Below, piece after piece: positions 1 to 13,790 of a stretch of 64,000 bases of DNA. Position 1 is the stretch's first letter. Each line of letters begins with the position of its first letter. Source of the DNA: Tubulanus polymorphus (Eukaryota; Animalia; Nemertea); the NCBI RefSeq assembly GCF_964204645.1, contig NC_134031.1, positions 10,106,001 to 10,170,000 of the forward strand, in the 5' to 3' direction. Under the pieces are notes generated by a model. The model had not been told where the DNA came from, made no database searches, and was given only the letters and a program-made list of their open reading frames with translations. A program made the translations under genes and the position numbers.

Positions 1-1750
1 TAATCTAGTATATTTTTAGTTACATTCTAGTTAAATTCTAGCTGTAACAACACAATTAATTTTTTTGTTATATAAATGGGAGGTGGAAAGAAAATAAAAT
101 CTAAAAATAGTGATGTTCCAATTGAAAAAACTTTGGATGATTTAGGTATTACAGAAACAAAATTAACACCAGATAATAATGGTGCGTTAAATGATATTAC
201 TACAAACAATAATTATGAATATTATCTTTATTGCAAACATCAATTAGAAATGTTAATAGCATCTGGGAAATTAAAAAGTTTTATTATTAAAAATTTAACT
301 TATAATGAATAAGATACAATAAAATTACTAAATTATTTAAGATTTATGAAACTGCGAGAATAGCTAGACTCAATGATGCGATATCAGAAACTGTATTAAA
401 AGGTTATAGTAAATTATGTAAATATATGCTACCAATTCAAGATGAAAATAGATTATATTCCGATTTAAAAAATGATTATTAAGTTATGACTGAATCAAAT
501 AAATGGATTGGATATTTATCATTTCAATTAGGTGGATTTATGACATTTATCAACTGGAGTTATAACATTTTCAAATATTGAAAGTAATAATTTTTCTACA
601 ATAAATGAGCAAAGTGGAAGAGGTGAAAGGATTAACTGTGAAGAAAAAACCGAGATCACAGAAACAAATTGAATGGTCTCGGCAATAAGGAAGGCAATAA
701 GAGAATTTTAAAAAGCTATAAAAGAAAAAATAAATAAAGATATTAATAAGAATTTGGCCACTAAAAATGTCATAGGACGGCCATCTTGAGTCCGATCGAC
801 CCAATTTTTCTTATGTTGATGGGCCCTTGGGGGATTCAAATAGATACAAACCAGCAATGTAATTGATAAAAGCGTCTTCAAAATTTTACTCGAAAACTTC
901 GAAAATGTGTAAAAAGTGCTGATTTTGGGAAACAACAATGGCTGCCAGTCGGCCATCTTGAATCTGACAGGGCCAGTTTTTGGCCTGACGATGTATCTAG
1001 GGTAGATACATGTATAAACCAAATATCAAGACATTACCTTGAAGTGTCTTCAAAGCTTCCCAAAATAACTGGATTCCGTCTACGGACAGACGAACGCTAC
1101 GACGGACGGAAGAAAAGTGAACGCAATAGCCCGCTGGAACTAAAGTCCCAAGTGGGCTAATAAAAAATCAAATAAAGTTTACAATATTAATAATTCTGAA
1201 ACAACTACTATCAAAAATTAAAAATAAAAATTCCAAAATTTACCATAAAAAAATGGATTAATGTTTCAGAAAAAAAGCGAAAAAAAAAAAATTTTCATTT
1301 TGTATCAATTAAATATCTCACTACTTTTGTCTATCTATGCGGAGCAATTTAATTGTCGAGATAAGTCATTTCGAATTCTTAATATTTAATTAATTTTATT
1401 ATCAATTTATTTTTTCAATCAACAATTTCTAAATCATGATGACCGTCTTCATTTTTTCCATGATAGATAATTCTAAATCCTTCTAAATCTTTTAATTCCT
1501 CTGTACTCAATGAAACCCATTTATAAGGTTAGAATACTTTAAATTCTCGCGTTGTACTAACATTACAGTAACTTAAATTTGCTGATATTTTATCTCCATA
1601 TTTAGTTTTTATCTTTTCTAATTTTAATATTTTATGTTCAATTTCTTTTGTAACATCAACTAACTTTTTTATTTCAAATTGTTTTTTTGCTGGTGTTATT
1701 CTGTTATTTATTGCCGCTAAGAATGCTTTTCTATCTCCCATTCATTATAG
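1..1750. mobile_element. Degraded Polinton/Maverick- or DNA-virus-like AT-rich relic (interrupted by a HINE at 751-1160)
   Basis: Very AT-rich, compact, intronless Lys/Ile/Asn-rich ORF remnants: 76-312 (+), from 605 (+) MSKVEEVKGLTVKKKPRSQKQIEW, and 1529-1741 (-). The + starts are preceded by TATAAATG/ATAAATG. No hallmark gene recognised. Confidence 0.4.
751..1160 (-). mobile_element. Helentron-type non-autonomous element family 1, partial copy
   Basis: Near-identical to the ends of the copies at 23512, 35861 and 52133; GACG microsatellite and terminal hairpin gcccgctggaactaaagtcccaagtgggctaa. Confidence 0.75.
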
Positions 1751-1949
1751 GAAAAAATTACTTGTGGTGATCAGTGAGGAAAAAAAAATTACTTGTGGTG
1801 ATGAGTGTGTGTCGTACTTTCGTACTCTGGTCTGAACGCCTGATATTCCAATTACTCAAATCTGGACAATTTGGAAAGCTTGTCTTTTTTAATCATTTCT
1901 CATCACAAAAAGCGGGAAACTGCCAAAAAGCGGGAAATTCTCATCCCTG

Positions 1950-2312
1950 ACTACAATCGTCAAAATTGGTAAATGTTCAAAGATGAAATGGTGATCATAA
2001 CAATTCTAATTCCTGTTTCATTTCGACCATACAATTGTAGTTATTGTAACTGTTATACGATTCTATGACTCTATGTGGCAATTCTAGCAATTATAATTCC
2101 TGTTGATTGTGGGTTTTACAATTGTATCAATTGTAGCGATTCTAACAATTCTAGTTTCTGTTTAGTTTGGGCCTTACAATTGTAGTGACTGTAGCAATTT
2201 AAACAATTCTACAATTCTACCATTTTATGTGGGGATTCTAACAATTCTCATTTCCGTTTTCGTCATTCCGTTTTTTCCTTAAATTGTAGGGATTCTAACA
2301 ATTCTAGCAATA
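1950..2312. repeat. Degenerate 9-10 bp repeats (ACAATTSTAG)
   Basis: Repeated acaattctag/acaattgtag motifs. Confidence 0.7.
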
Positions 2313-2525
2313 GAACCCTCTTCTAGACCTCTATAAACCTAACCCTATAGAACCAAAAACTTCTAAAACCCAACAACCCAACACCCCTAACAAAATCCTA
2401 AGCCCCATAAACCTATATCAACCATCAAATCAACTAAAACCCTCGCGCCTCAAGTACCCTAAACTGCTAGAGCCCTAACCCCCTGAAACCATAAACCTCT
2501 AAAAACCTAACCCTCTACAACCCAG
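2312..2525. repeat. Degenerate CCCTAA/AACCCT-rich low-complexity tract (second block at 3200-3360)
   Basis: Many ctaaccct / tagaaccct variants. Confidence 0.65.
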
Positions 2526-3361
2526 GAAGAAAGACACTCTAAATATTTGGATGGATATATGAAAGCTGTGGGTACTGGAGTGTGTAATGGGTAGTGTAGT
2601 GTGATCTGTGTGCATTTGTGGCCAGCACACAGATCACATTGTTCAATGGGGTTTGGTCCAGTACTCACGAGATTTTCAACAACACGGAAGTAACGTGTAA
2701 TAAATGATGACTTGAATTGCATGACTACCTACCACCCCTCATTATTGTTGGAAAACTAAACGTTCGGCACTGACTAAAAATTAGTAATAACATTTTAGAA
2801 ATGGCCAGAATTTTAACTTAGGTTCTATCTCATTTTTATTTTACAATTGTGATTGGTAGAATTTTTTTTTTTTAAACAGCCGTTAAGGCTTCATGTTTCG
2901 TCTGCAATTCACTGCAAATAGTTACGCATCTACGCACATTTCAGTGTTTTTGGCAGCTGTACACTCAATCAGCACCGTTCGTGACTAGCTTCACTGCGGA
3001 ATTATCATTAATTAACATCGCCATATCACATCATCAACTTATATTGTGCCTTAAAACCCCAACAGCCGAAATAATTGAAATGCACACACGATTTCTATCA
3101 TTGAAAATTGAGAGAGTGGCCATGTTTGTGTTTGCTGCTTCACGTAAATCCCGCGCGGTGGCGCCACCACGCGGAGTGGGGCCGATACGTCTAAAGGACA
3201 CTAGAACCCTCTACAAACCTCTAACCCTAAAGAACCCTAATCCTTTAGAACCCTAACCTTACAACCCTTACCCCTAGAGCCTTACACGAATACACCTAAT
3301 ACCCCCTCTCCCCCGAACCCTCTAACCCTCCAGAACGTTCTAACCCTCTAGAATCCTTTAA

Positions 3362-4330
3362 CTTTTCACAGAACGCTTTGCACTGTTGTTCAACAATGTA
3401 GTCAGTTTTGGCGATTTTCATGGTATATTCACGGCAGTAGATGCAGAACCAGGGTAATTGGTTACGAGACAGGAGCACTTAAATTTCTAGTTCGAGAGAT
3501 GCACAGGGCATACAGTAGCTTTTCTTGCTGTGACAGCAGGTTATAACAGGTTATAGTGAAGAGTGGTTGTGACTCAAATTCAGTTCCTGAGCCTCAACAA
3601 GTTGTTCTGATGAGGGACATTCGTTTACGTTTTCCTTTTCATCATCTTCCCGGGGATAACGGTTCTCAGTGCTGCAGTTCGATGACGGTGAGCTTGACTG
3701 GTGACAGGTCAGTTCGAGTTGTTGAGTCAACTGCTAATGAATGGAAAGTCTTTGAGCGGATGGTTGGTTCGGCGGGGATTATACTGTCATCAACGTCACT
3801 CGTGCCACCGGTGTCTGATTCCTCTGATGAGGCGTTTGACAGGACCATGCGACATCTGTGGTTCATATTGTTGTTGGATTTGCTGTTACTTGTAGCTATG
3901 GTAGGGGACCGTACTGGGGGAGAGAGGCTGTAGTTAGGGTGGGGTCATGTAACTGATGGGGTTGCGTGGGCTTATACTTGACATTGTCATCTATCATGCC
4001 GTTAAAGGTATCACAGTGAGAAGGCAAGTTGTGTGTGATAGGCCTGGGTGGCTAAGCCTTACTATTGCTGATGACGATATCGTAATTACAGGTGCGTATC
4101 CTGTGTTTACTTGTGTCAGAATTATTTGCAAATGCACTAGCATAATCGTGCATTACTGAATTGATAGTAGAAGTGCCTTGCTTGGTGTTACGATTGAAGA
4201 TAAAGGCAGTGTCTTTTTGTTAGAGAGTTGCATTGGTTGCGAGAGGGTTGCCTTCCTGACCTTGCAATATGGCATTCAGATGAAACAGGAAGTGGGGTTC
4301 CCGCTGCCGTGGTCATACTGTTTGTTGATA
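3362..4330 (-). pseudogene. Probable LINE (CR1/L2-like) ORF1 relic with PHD-like finger
   Basis: Broken frames give CCHSKKSYCMPCA...LPWFCIYCREY followed by a helical segment, preceded by a Ser/Thr/Pro-rich region; several stops. Confidence 0.4.
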
Positions 4331-5024
4331 GTGACAAGTCACTAGTATTTGTCATTATTTAGTCATCATACTTCTTCGGTTGGGTTTTTTTTTGTCTCAA
4401 CAGTTTTTTCTTTGGATGTTCATCTACCTTTTCAGTCATTTTCAGATGTCACAAGTCTCATCCATTTGGGTAACAACAGTAAATTAGCAAGTCAAGTTGG
4501 GCATTTCGGTCTGACCATGCATGCGCACTCAATTACAATGTATAAACAGCTGATTAAGATGAAATCATGGCACACTGTGTAGTAATTATGTTCAACTTTC
4601 ATGGTATACATAGTAATGGATTTTACCCATGACTCACTAGTACATGGCTGAACAATCAATATCATGTTCTTCATAAGGACATCACTGGAAAAGCCCTTCC
4701 AAAGGGCCTTCCATGTGAAGCCTTTCTGAAAGGGCTCTGAAGTGTCATAATCAAGAAACAAGGTCATGCATTGATAAGTAGAATAGGGAAAAATTCATTG
4801 AAATTTTGCACATTTTCTCACAGTACTTCAAAACAGCTAAGAGCGGAAGGACGAAACTTGCCACATCAATTCCAACACATATTTCCCTCCTTATGGTAAC
4901 TGTGCATATCCAGTAGTTACAATTTGTGCCACCAAGACCTAACAGAACCATTCTATAAGGATCAACACAGTTTAGCGGACTAGGTTTTGGGTTAAAGAAG
5001 TGGCTAGGGTAGAAACATGTATAA

Positions 5025-5244
5025 CAGGGCTGCCAACCTCTGAAAAGTGCTATCAGTAAAAAATTGAATTTTTTCCGGTAACATTCCATTGAAATATGAA
5101 AAAATATCAAACTTACTAAGTAATCAACAGTAAGACCTTCAGTAACATCTTTCATATTTCCGTATGCATCAAACAAATCAAATCAGTATTTCTCTTTATA
5201 AAGTAGTAACGAATACTGAAAATCAGGAACAGTTGGCGGCTTTG
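5025..5244. mobile_element. MITE with CAGGGCTGCCAAC TIR and 6-bp TSD (hAT-like)
   Basis: gtataa|CAGGGCTGCCAACC ... GTTGGCGGCTTTG|gtataa; same terminus as 25253-28020. Confidence 0.8.
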
Positions 5245-5254
5245 GTATAATGCA

Positions 5255-5506
<252 letters not shown>

Positions 5507-5606
5507 TTAAGGACCGGAACCATGCTTTTGTGCTTGTGTCATACAAACATTTTCGGTTCTGTTTAATTCTAAATTTGTCATCTGAATATTGGAATTTGAA
5601 TTTCTA

Positions 5607-5855
<249 letters not shown>

Positions 5856-6590
5856 TTATTGAGACCTATAATAACTTAAAGGAAAATCCATGAGTTTATT
5901 TTATCAAAACACTGTATGAAAAACGTGCTTATTCATAATGCACGCGCCAATATGAGCATCTGTATACTGTCACTATAGTGTATGCAGTATGAGACACACA
6001 GTAATAATCTACCGGTGGACTCTAGACTCATTACAATGACATGGCTAGACACCGACTGTGGCTACGCAATGCATTTGCAGATAATGAATACACGCCCGCC
6101 ACACTGCCATACAACTCAGTGATAAGTTCTGTCTAACCGTAACCAGTCATCCACGGATCTTTATATCTCGGGCAGAGTAAGTCAAATGAAAGAATTGTGG
6201 GATCGTTGAGATGTTGGACTAATGAGATGTGGAATGAGTTGTGGGCATGCACGCTCATTGAGGAAATGCATGCTCAGCATTAATCACAAAACCCCAGGTA
6301 AGTAAAGAAACAGATGAAGCATCTGCAATAAGTAGAGAAGACAGCGTATCAATAACAAGGAGCCTATCAGCTTATATAGCTCCGCTGTGTGATTTGAAGA
6401 AATAGAAGCTGCATACCTAGGGGTGCCCCCTTTTCGCCAAATCCAAAAAGGGCTCTGTACTGTAGGTATTGGTCCATAGAACATTCATACCAAACTTGGA
6501 CTTGATCTGATTAAAACTGAAGGACAATTGAAGAAATAGATATTCCACCTCCAACTCCACCTCCAAGGGCACCTCCTGGGGAACAAATCC

Positions 6591-7690
6591 AAACTAGGGG
6601 TCCAGGGACACCATGCCCACTTGGGAAGTGGTTTCAAATGCTCAACAATCTAACAATTTTTTATTCAACACCCCTGGTGACTATATAAAAAACCCAATGA
6701 CCTTGAAACCCACCACAATCATAGGACATGTCAGCAGCTACGATTTTGTAATTGATTGTGATAACAACATATGCCTCGTTACCAATTTAATATGGAAATA
6801 CTAAGTTACTTTACTATTCAACGCCCCCTGGTGACCAAATGCAAAACCCCATGACCTTGAAACTCACTACAATCATAGAACATGTCATGAACTACAACTT
6901 TGCAATTGATCATGATAACAAAATGTGCCTAGGTACAAATCTAATAATAAAATACTAAGTTATTGTACTATTCAACGCCCCCGCGTGACCATATAGAATA
7001 ACTAATGTCCTTAAAACTCACCACAACCATAGACGATGTCATGAGCTACAACTTTGCAATTGATTGTGGTTACAAAATATGCATAGGTACAAATATAATA
7101 TAGAAATACTAAGTCATTGTATTATTCAACGCCCCCTGGTGACCATATACAAAAACTAATGACCTTGAAATTCACCAAAATCATAGAACACATTATGGGC
7201 TACAATTTTCCAATTGATTGTAGTAACACAATATGCTTAGGTATGAATATAATGTGGAAAAACTTTTTCCCACCTACCAATGAGTACTGATGACACCAAG
7301 ATGACCGCCAATTACGTCATAATTGGCTGATCAAAAATACCTGTCTCAGGTATAAAACATCCCTTTCCAAAGAATACCCATCACAAATTGCAATGGAAAA
7401 TAGCTAACCAGTAGGAAGCTACAGGACTCAGAATTCAGATCAAAATTGACATTTTTGGGCACTAAAAAGGTCATAAGACGGCCATCTTGAGTCCAATCCA
7501 ACCAATTTTTCTTAAGTAGATGGGCCCTTAGGGGATTCAAATATATACCAAAGATCAAGGTAAGTGATCAAAGCGTCTTCAAAATTTCCCACAAAAAGTT
7601 AAAAAATGTGTAAAAAGTGCCGATTTTGGCGAACAACAATGGCTGCCAGTCGGCCATCTTGATTCTAACAGGGCCAGTTTTTGGGCTGAA
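6591..7690 (-). mobile_element. Helentron-type (DINE/HINE-like) family 1 copy, 4 internal ~154-bp units, truncated
   Basis: aactaggggtccagggacaccatgcccacttggg end (minus strand: subTIR, hairpin, CTAG-TT); tandem units containing ccccctggtgaccat. Confidence 0.8.
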
Positions 7691-7692
7691 TG

Positions 7693-8505
7693 TCATATGA
7701 TGTCACAGTGGGTGGCTGAATATTGAGTCTTGGTGACAAAACCTCTCCCAATGTATGGCAGCCGAAGCTAAAACACCGGGGCGTAGTATTAGATCGTTTT
7801 AAATCCAGGAATTTACCACTACAATATTCAGACCTCTACCAATACCTATAGTTTGCTGATTAGTATTTTCAGGTCACAAGAAATTACAATTTATTACAAA
7901 TTCTATCAAACAGAAAACACAGCCCTCATCTTCTGCTACATCGATCATTCAGCCTGTGATCATACCAAACGTGCACGCGCCAAGCAGCGTTACAGCATCA
8001 CCATATAGTAGTCTGTACGAGCGTGTTTGTGTGTGCAACAGTCTAAGTACTACCGCGCAGGTGGAGGCCTTGTGTAGTGAACGTTCAATCTCAAACAAAA
8101 TCACCGGGTATTAAAATGAAACAATACCTATGGCGATATGTGAAATAATTATATTCCCACCAATGAGCATTTAAAATTTGCACATATACAGCAACTAGTC
8201 CAATGAAACGTTCACCATAAATGACTTCCCCATAATTATTTTAGTAGCGCCGGAATTCCCCGTATATCCCAAAAACAGCCAATCACATTCGCTCGTAGAG
8301 ACGACGCCCCCAATCGAGGTCATTGCAATATTATACGCAAGAGCTAAGAATTTTCCCGCCAAAAACAGTTTTTCGTCAAATTAAAACAAAGTTGACCATG
8401 TCTTCAATCGCATCGATTATACGTCGTTTAACCCGAGAACCAATGAAAAAAATGCTCACATAAAAAACGTACTGCGATTTTACATGAATTGGCTCAATGC
8501 CAACC
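7693..8505. repeat. Unclassified interspersed repeat family B
   Basis: Homologous to 30585-31350, to 15840-16058/23447-23511/28027-28085 and to 46600-46953/47957-48170; shared cccaaaaacagccaatcacattcgctc...aaagttgaccatgtc. Confidence 0.8.
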
Positions 8506-8785
8506 TCATACTGCTGACAAAGGTAATCAAAAAATTCTTGGATCCACCCTTTTTGATTGAATATCAGTGCTACAATCAGTTTATTTCTAAAAGAACCAAG
8601 TTAAATAGGACCTGCTGTACATACGCCAAATCAGACACATGCATATGGATTGTTAAATTTCTTTCAGCGCTGGAAATAACATTGTCAGACTTGTCATTCA
8701 GCAGTTGAATGATAGATTTTTTTAACTAACAAATGGTGCACGATGACAAAACACATAATGATAGGGTTTTCTGCCAAAATGGTCA

Positions 8786-8983
<198 letters not shown>

Positions 8984-10421
8984 TTAATAAAATACCATTA
9001 AAAGCCAAAAACAACGTAGACATTTTCAAAACCTATCATTAACCCTGCCTGCCGGCAGCTTTAATGTTGAGTCCTGTGCATACCAGATTATTTGTGTTGC
9101 AACTAATGACACGATTTTAAAGAATTCATGTCGAACCAATCACCTCAACCGTCAAAGTTAGAGTTCTCATATAGTTGACTGATTTAATATCGTAGGCCTA
9201 TGTACTAGGTCACTTGACGAGAAAAATTATTAAAAAGGATTGATGCAATTAGTAATTAGTTTTTATCTCAATGGAAAGATGGCAGCGCCTGTCTAACACA
9301 GTTGAATATTAGTTACAAATGATAAACCGCACTGCGGTGTAGACGCACTACAGCTGTATGTGGCAGATTTCACAATAATGGGTACCATAGAAGTCAATTA
9401 TGTAAAACTAAAACTTTTTTTTTCAGAGCAAGGAAAAAAATCTGTTTGGTACATAAATATTGTGTTGTTCATTTCTTATAAAAATGACAGTTTTGAAGTG
9501 GTGAAATGAAAAACAGTGTTTGAATAATTGGAATAATTTTATTTGCAGAACGTCACACTATTGACTGCGATAATCTACCTGTGCATCGTTATCCAATTTA
9601 GTTCTTGTATTGCAGGAATCTCACACCCTCACTGTGAATGCTTTTACAAACAATTGTTTACTTGTTATCAACACTTTATTAACAACACTGGCCCACAGAA
9701 TAATTGAGCACCATTAAACATTTACAGCCGTGATAATGTGGGTCATAGAACGTAACGCGACTCAGTCAAAACTGCCGTTTTGGAGTGAATAGAAATCACG
9801 CGCGCGAGTATTGATCCATAAGTGTGTTACCGCGAATTCTATATATAGATCGAGTGTATACATCGCGTGATAATGATTGAGGCTGCCAATGGGTGACATT
9901 TACGTAGCAAAACATCGTTTCATTTTGCGAACGTAACAAATTTTTTGCGCCGTCAAATCAATGTTACGATCGAACCAATCAATATTTTTAATACAATTGA
10001 ATTGTTGGGTATTACCTCGCGCTCTTTCTTTCAACCGCACTGCACAATTCAAGATAAATGAGCATATTTCAGGTTAGTTTTGCACTGTTTACTAAAACTT
10101 TGAATATTTAACAAAAGTCAATAATGGTGACGTTCGGCCCATGTTACGTTCTGTTTAATGATTTTGAGATATATATCAAAATGTTGTCTTGAGACACCAT
10201 AATTTGTGGTTTTTGTGAATCAGGACCGCATTCCTTCCTCGACAGATCCTCAATGCCTAGTTGACCCGACTGGAAGGTCAGATACGTACACAAAACCTCG
10301 AACGTAACATCGATGACTGCCCTCATACAACGACGTAACATCGATGACTGCCCTCATACAACGAAGTAACATTGTGACTGCACAAATATCTTAAGAATAT
10401 AAAATATAAATTTTTTCAGTT

Positions 10422-11075
10422 ATGTCTTCTAAAAACGCGAGGTACAGGCGGCGTCAGGCCGATTGGGACCCAGAAAAGCATGCCGAATATCTTGAAAAAC
10501 AAAAATTAGCTAGCCAATTGAAACGTGATGCTCTGGCAGCAGAATTATCAAAAAAAAAACCATCTAAACAATCGTTGGCACAACGTGAAAAAATCCGTGC
10601 CCAAACACGCGAAAGAATGCGAAAAATGCGTGAGAAAAAAAAATTAGAAAACCCTAAACCCACTATAAAAGTAAAATTAGTTAACCCGCCAACTAAAAAA
10701 GTGCAAACTAGAGCTGATATTGATGATCAGAGGGCGTACTGGAGGGGAAAAAAACGTGAAGAGCGCGAGCGTTGGAGTGCTCAAAAGCGACGTCGCGCAA
10801 ATGAATATTATAAAAAACGGCGTGCCGCTAAAAAATTGGCAAAAAAAATGGCTTTCGAAACAGCTAACCATAAATCCGAAAAAAACTCCCCCTTTGCTGC
10901 AAAGCAAACATTATATAACGTTACATCGGCAGCCAAGAAAGCACTTCCAAAGTCCCCACGAAAATTTGCGACAGTTATAAAGCGTCTGTGTGACCAGGCA
11001 TCCCCTCGAAAGAAAATCGAATTAACAAGGCAAAATGAAAGGCTGAATCCAAGAACATGTCTATCTCACTTTTGA
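10422..11075 (+). pseudogene. Lys/Arg-rich N-terminal part of the Sola-type transposase
   Basis: 217-aa basic ORF with LPKSPRK motif inside the TIRs; cut by nested insertions. Confidence 0.6.
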
Positions 11076-11113
11076 GCCCAAACGTCTACTTTTACTTAGT
11101 AGCCACTTGAGAA

Positions 11114-13518
11114 CAACAAGAGCCCCAAGGGGCACAATGGCCAGCCTGTCAGATTTGCTTTTTATTAATGATGTAATATGTGGGTTATATTTATCAATAT
11201 ACACTCCCTGCTCAATGTCATTTACATAGTACAATCGTGTGTTAACACAGACAGCAGGAGCGAATGTAATATAGAAATACTAGGTTATTGTATTGTTCAA
11301 CGCCCCTGGTGGCCATATACAAAAACCAATGAGCTTGAAACTCACCAAGATCATAGACCATGTCATGAGCTACAACTTTCCAATTGATTGTGGTATCAAA
11401 ATATGCATAGGTACGAATGTAATATAGAAATACTAAGTTATTGTATTGTTCAACGCCCCCTGGTGGCCATAAACAAAAACCAATGAGCTTGAAACTCACC
11501 TCAATCATAGAACATGTCATGAGCTACAACTTTCCAATTAATTATGGTAGCAAAATATGCTTAAGTATCAAAATGATGTGGCTAAACTTTTTTTCCACCT
11601 ACGAATGAGTACTGATGACCCCAAGATGGCCGCCAATTGCGTCATAATTGCCTGGTCAAAAATACTCTCTCGGATATAAAAGATCCTTTTCCAATGAATA
11701 CCCATTACAAATTGCAATGAAAAATGGCACACCATTAGAAAGCTACAGGACTCAGAATTCAGGCCAAAATTAACATTTTTGGGAACAAAAAAGGTCACAG
11801 GACGGCCATCTTGAGTCCGATCGACCCAATTTTCTCATGCCGATGGGCCCTTGGGGGATACAAATATATACGAATGATCAAGGTTATTGATAAAAGTGTC
11901 TTCAAAATTCCCCTCGAAAACTTCTAAAATGTGTAAAAAGTGCTGATTTTGGCGAACAACAATGGCTGCCAGTCGGCCATCTTGAATCTGACAGGGCCAG
12001 TTTTTGGCCTGAAGATGTGTCTAGGGTAGATACACGTATAAACCAAATATCAAGACATTACCTTGAAGCGTCTTCAAAACTTTGGAACTCTCATGAACTA
12101 TCTAGATGGTTATCTCTCGACTCAATAGCTTCAAGACCCATCTCAGAACAACTTTGTTCCATGCAGCATACCATTAACTCTCGGAAAGCGAATTGGATTT
12201 AACATTTTTTTTGGCGGAATAAAATTTGATTGAATTTGCAATTCGAGCACATGGCTAATTAGCATATCAAGTTCATACACTCGATTTGGGAAAAGCAATT
12301 TTTTGCGAACCTTGCGCAATTGTCAAGGATGAATTTTCTGTAGAGCAAATAAAAATTCCAAACACCAAATCAACTAAAGATTTCATAGAAATCGATCTTG
12401 AAATACGATTTTAAATCTTAAAATAAAACCCGGAAGTAAAACAATAGACGATACCGCGGGTTCACGTGAACACCTGATTTCTGTAAACGAAATGTTGGTT
12501 GTGACAAAATTGTTCAGACGGTTTTAGGTGGTAATTAGTACGGAAACGTAACAACCATGGTCGACTTATTCGATGAAATCAGGCCAATGTGATATCCAAA
12601 TTTTGACTTTTTTATTCTCCAGACCTCCCTGATATAGAAATAAAAAATTTTGGTGGTACGAATAGTAATAATAGTAATAATCACAGCGCCGACGGCGACA
12701 GAGCCGTGTCAGAGATCGGCGGAGTGAAAATTGCGGAGGTGGACGAACACGAAGAAGTAGGCTATTGAGCTACTTGAATCGCGAAAACTCCTGGCGCGGC
12801 CCCGACGCTTTTCGTTGATTAAGTAGTACAAATATCAAGCAATGGGTTTTCACCACAATCTACCGCCGGTGTTTACCCGATTTCAATATCACTCCAAAAT
12901 TCAAAGAAACCTCGAAATATCGAACCGCAACACTTTCGGTAGATATCCGCAGCTGCCCAACCGGGAAACTTATTTGTTGATAGCATCGATAGGATCCATC
13001 ATCTTCTCCCGTCAAGGGATTCGAACCCACTAAGCTTAAGCCGTGCCAGAATCAGATCGGGCCAATCACAGCGCTTGTAACAAACCACATTAGGCTTCTG
13101 TGGAATTTCCCAGTAAATGGGCCAATCAGCGAACACGTAGCGAACGCGGAAGTATTGTCGCGTGTTGATACATGACGTCATGCGCAAAAGCGCCAGTAAT
13201 GAAATCACGATAATTCACGTGAACAGCTGCTGATATTTTTAGATAAACCAATCACAGGGAAGACACAACTTCCTGATTGGCTGATAAAAATTGAAATTTT
13301 CCCGATTTTATTTTCGTGAAAAATGCAGAAAACATTTTTATGAAAGCCTATTTCAAAATTCTGCTCGCTACGATTCCGAGAATGGATTACGCTTAAATAC
13401 GTGATTTGTTCGAATATGCCCTCACTTGGCAAGCAAAAGAGCCTTTTGTGTGGAAACCATGTCATTTAAATTCGCTCCATTTGTATAGTAATAGGCTCAG
13501 CCTACGGCTGGCCTAATA
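11114..13518 (-). mobile_element. Helentron-type family 2 element with a nested family 1 fragment (about 11260-12082)
   Basis: One end is aacaagagccccaaggggcacaatggccagcc (also seen at about 43298). The other end is the hairpin taggctcagcctacggctggcctaataa. SubTIR ggccagcc/ggctggcc. Confidence 0.6.
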
Positions 13519-13790
13519 AGCAATTAACGATATCAGCTACTTTTCCAGTAGTATACATTTCAAAACAGTCACTCTGAAATAGTATTCCTTTCAATTCGGT
13601 TGGTTTTCTATAGTGGCTGTTTCGAAGAGTCTACTATTGAAAAGTGACCATTTTGAAACATCTGGTTTCGATAGTGCACACTAGCAGTAGAGGTGACTGT
13701 AAAACCACCCGCCTGTTAACAGTGACTTAGTGATAGTAACTCCTACCATAGCAGCTACTCTCAAAACACATCGTTTCTAAAAGTCAACTA

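Noticed and set aside
708-1022. Recurring MADWQPLLF-type ORFs (also near 7346, 36471, 52548)
   Set aside because: Translations of a non-coding repeat; the frames are not conserved between copies.
2875-2895. CCTTAAC on the minus strand as a possible branch site for intron 13
   Set aside because: No AG or AC at a suitable distance and no KIFAP3-like coding sequence after it.
4751-4800. YLSMHDL resembling KIFAP3 exon 14 (YLIDLMHDKN)
   Set aside because: Flanking residues do not match, a stop follows immediately, and there is no U12 branch site.
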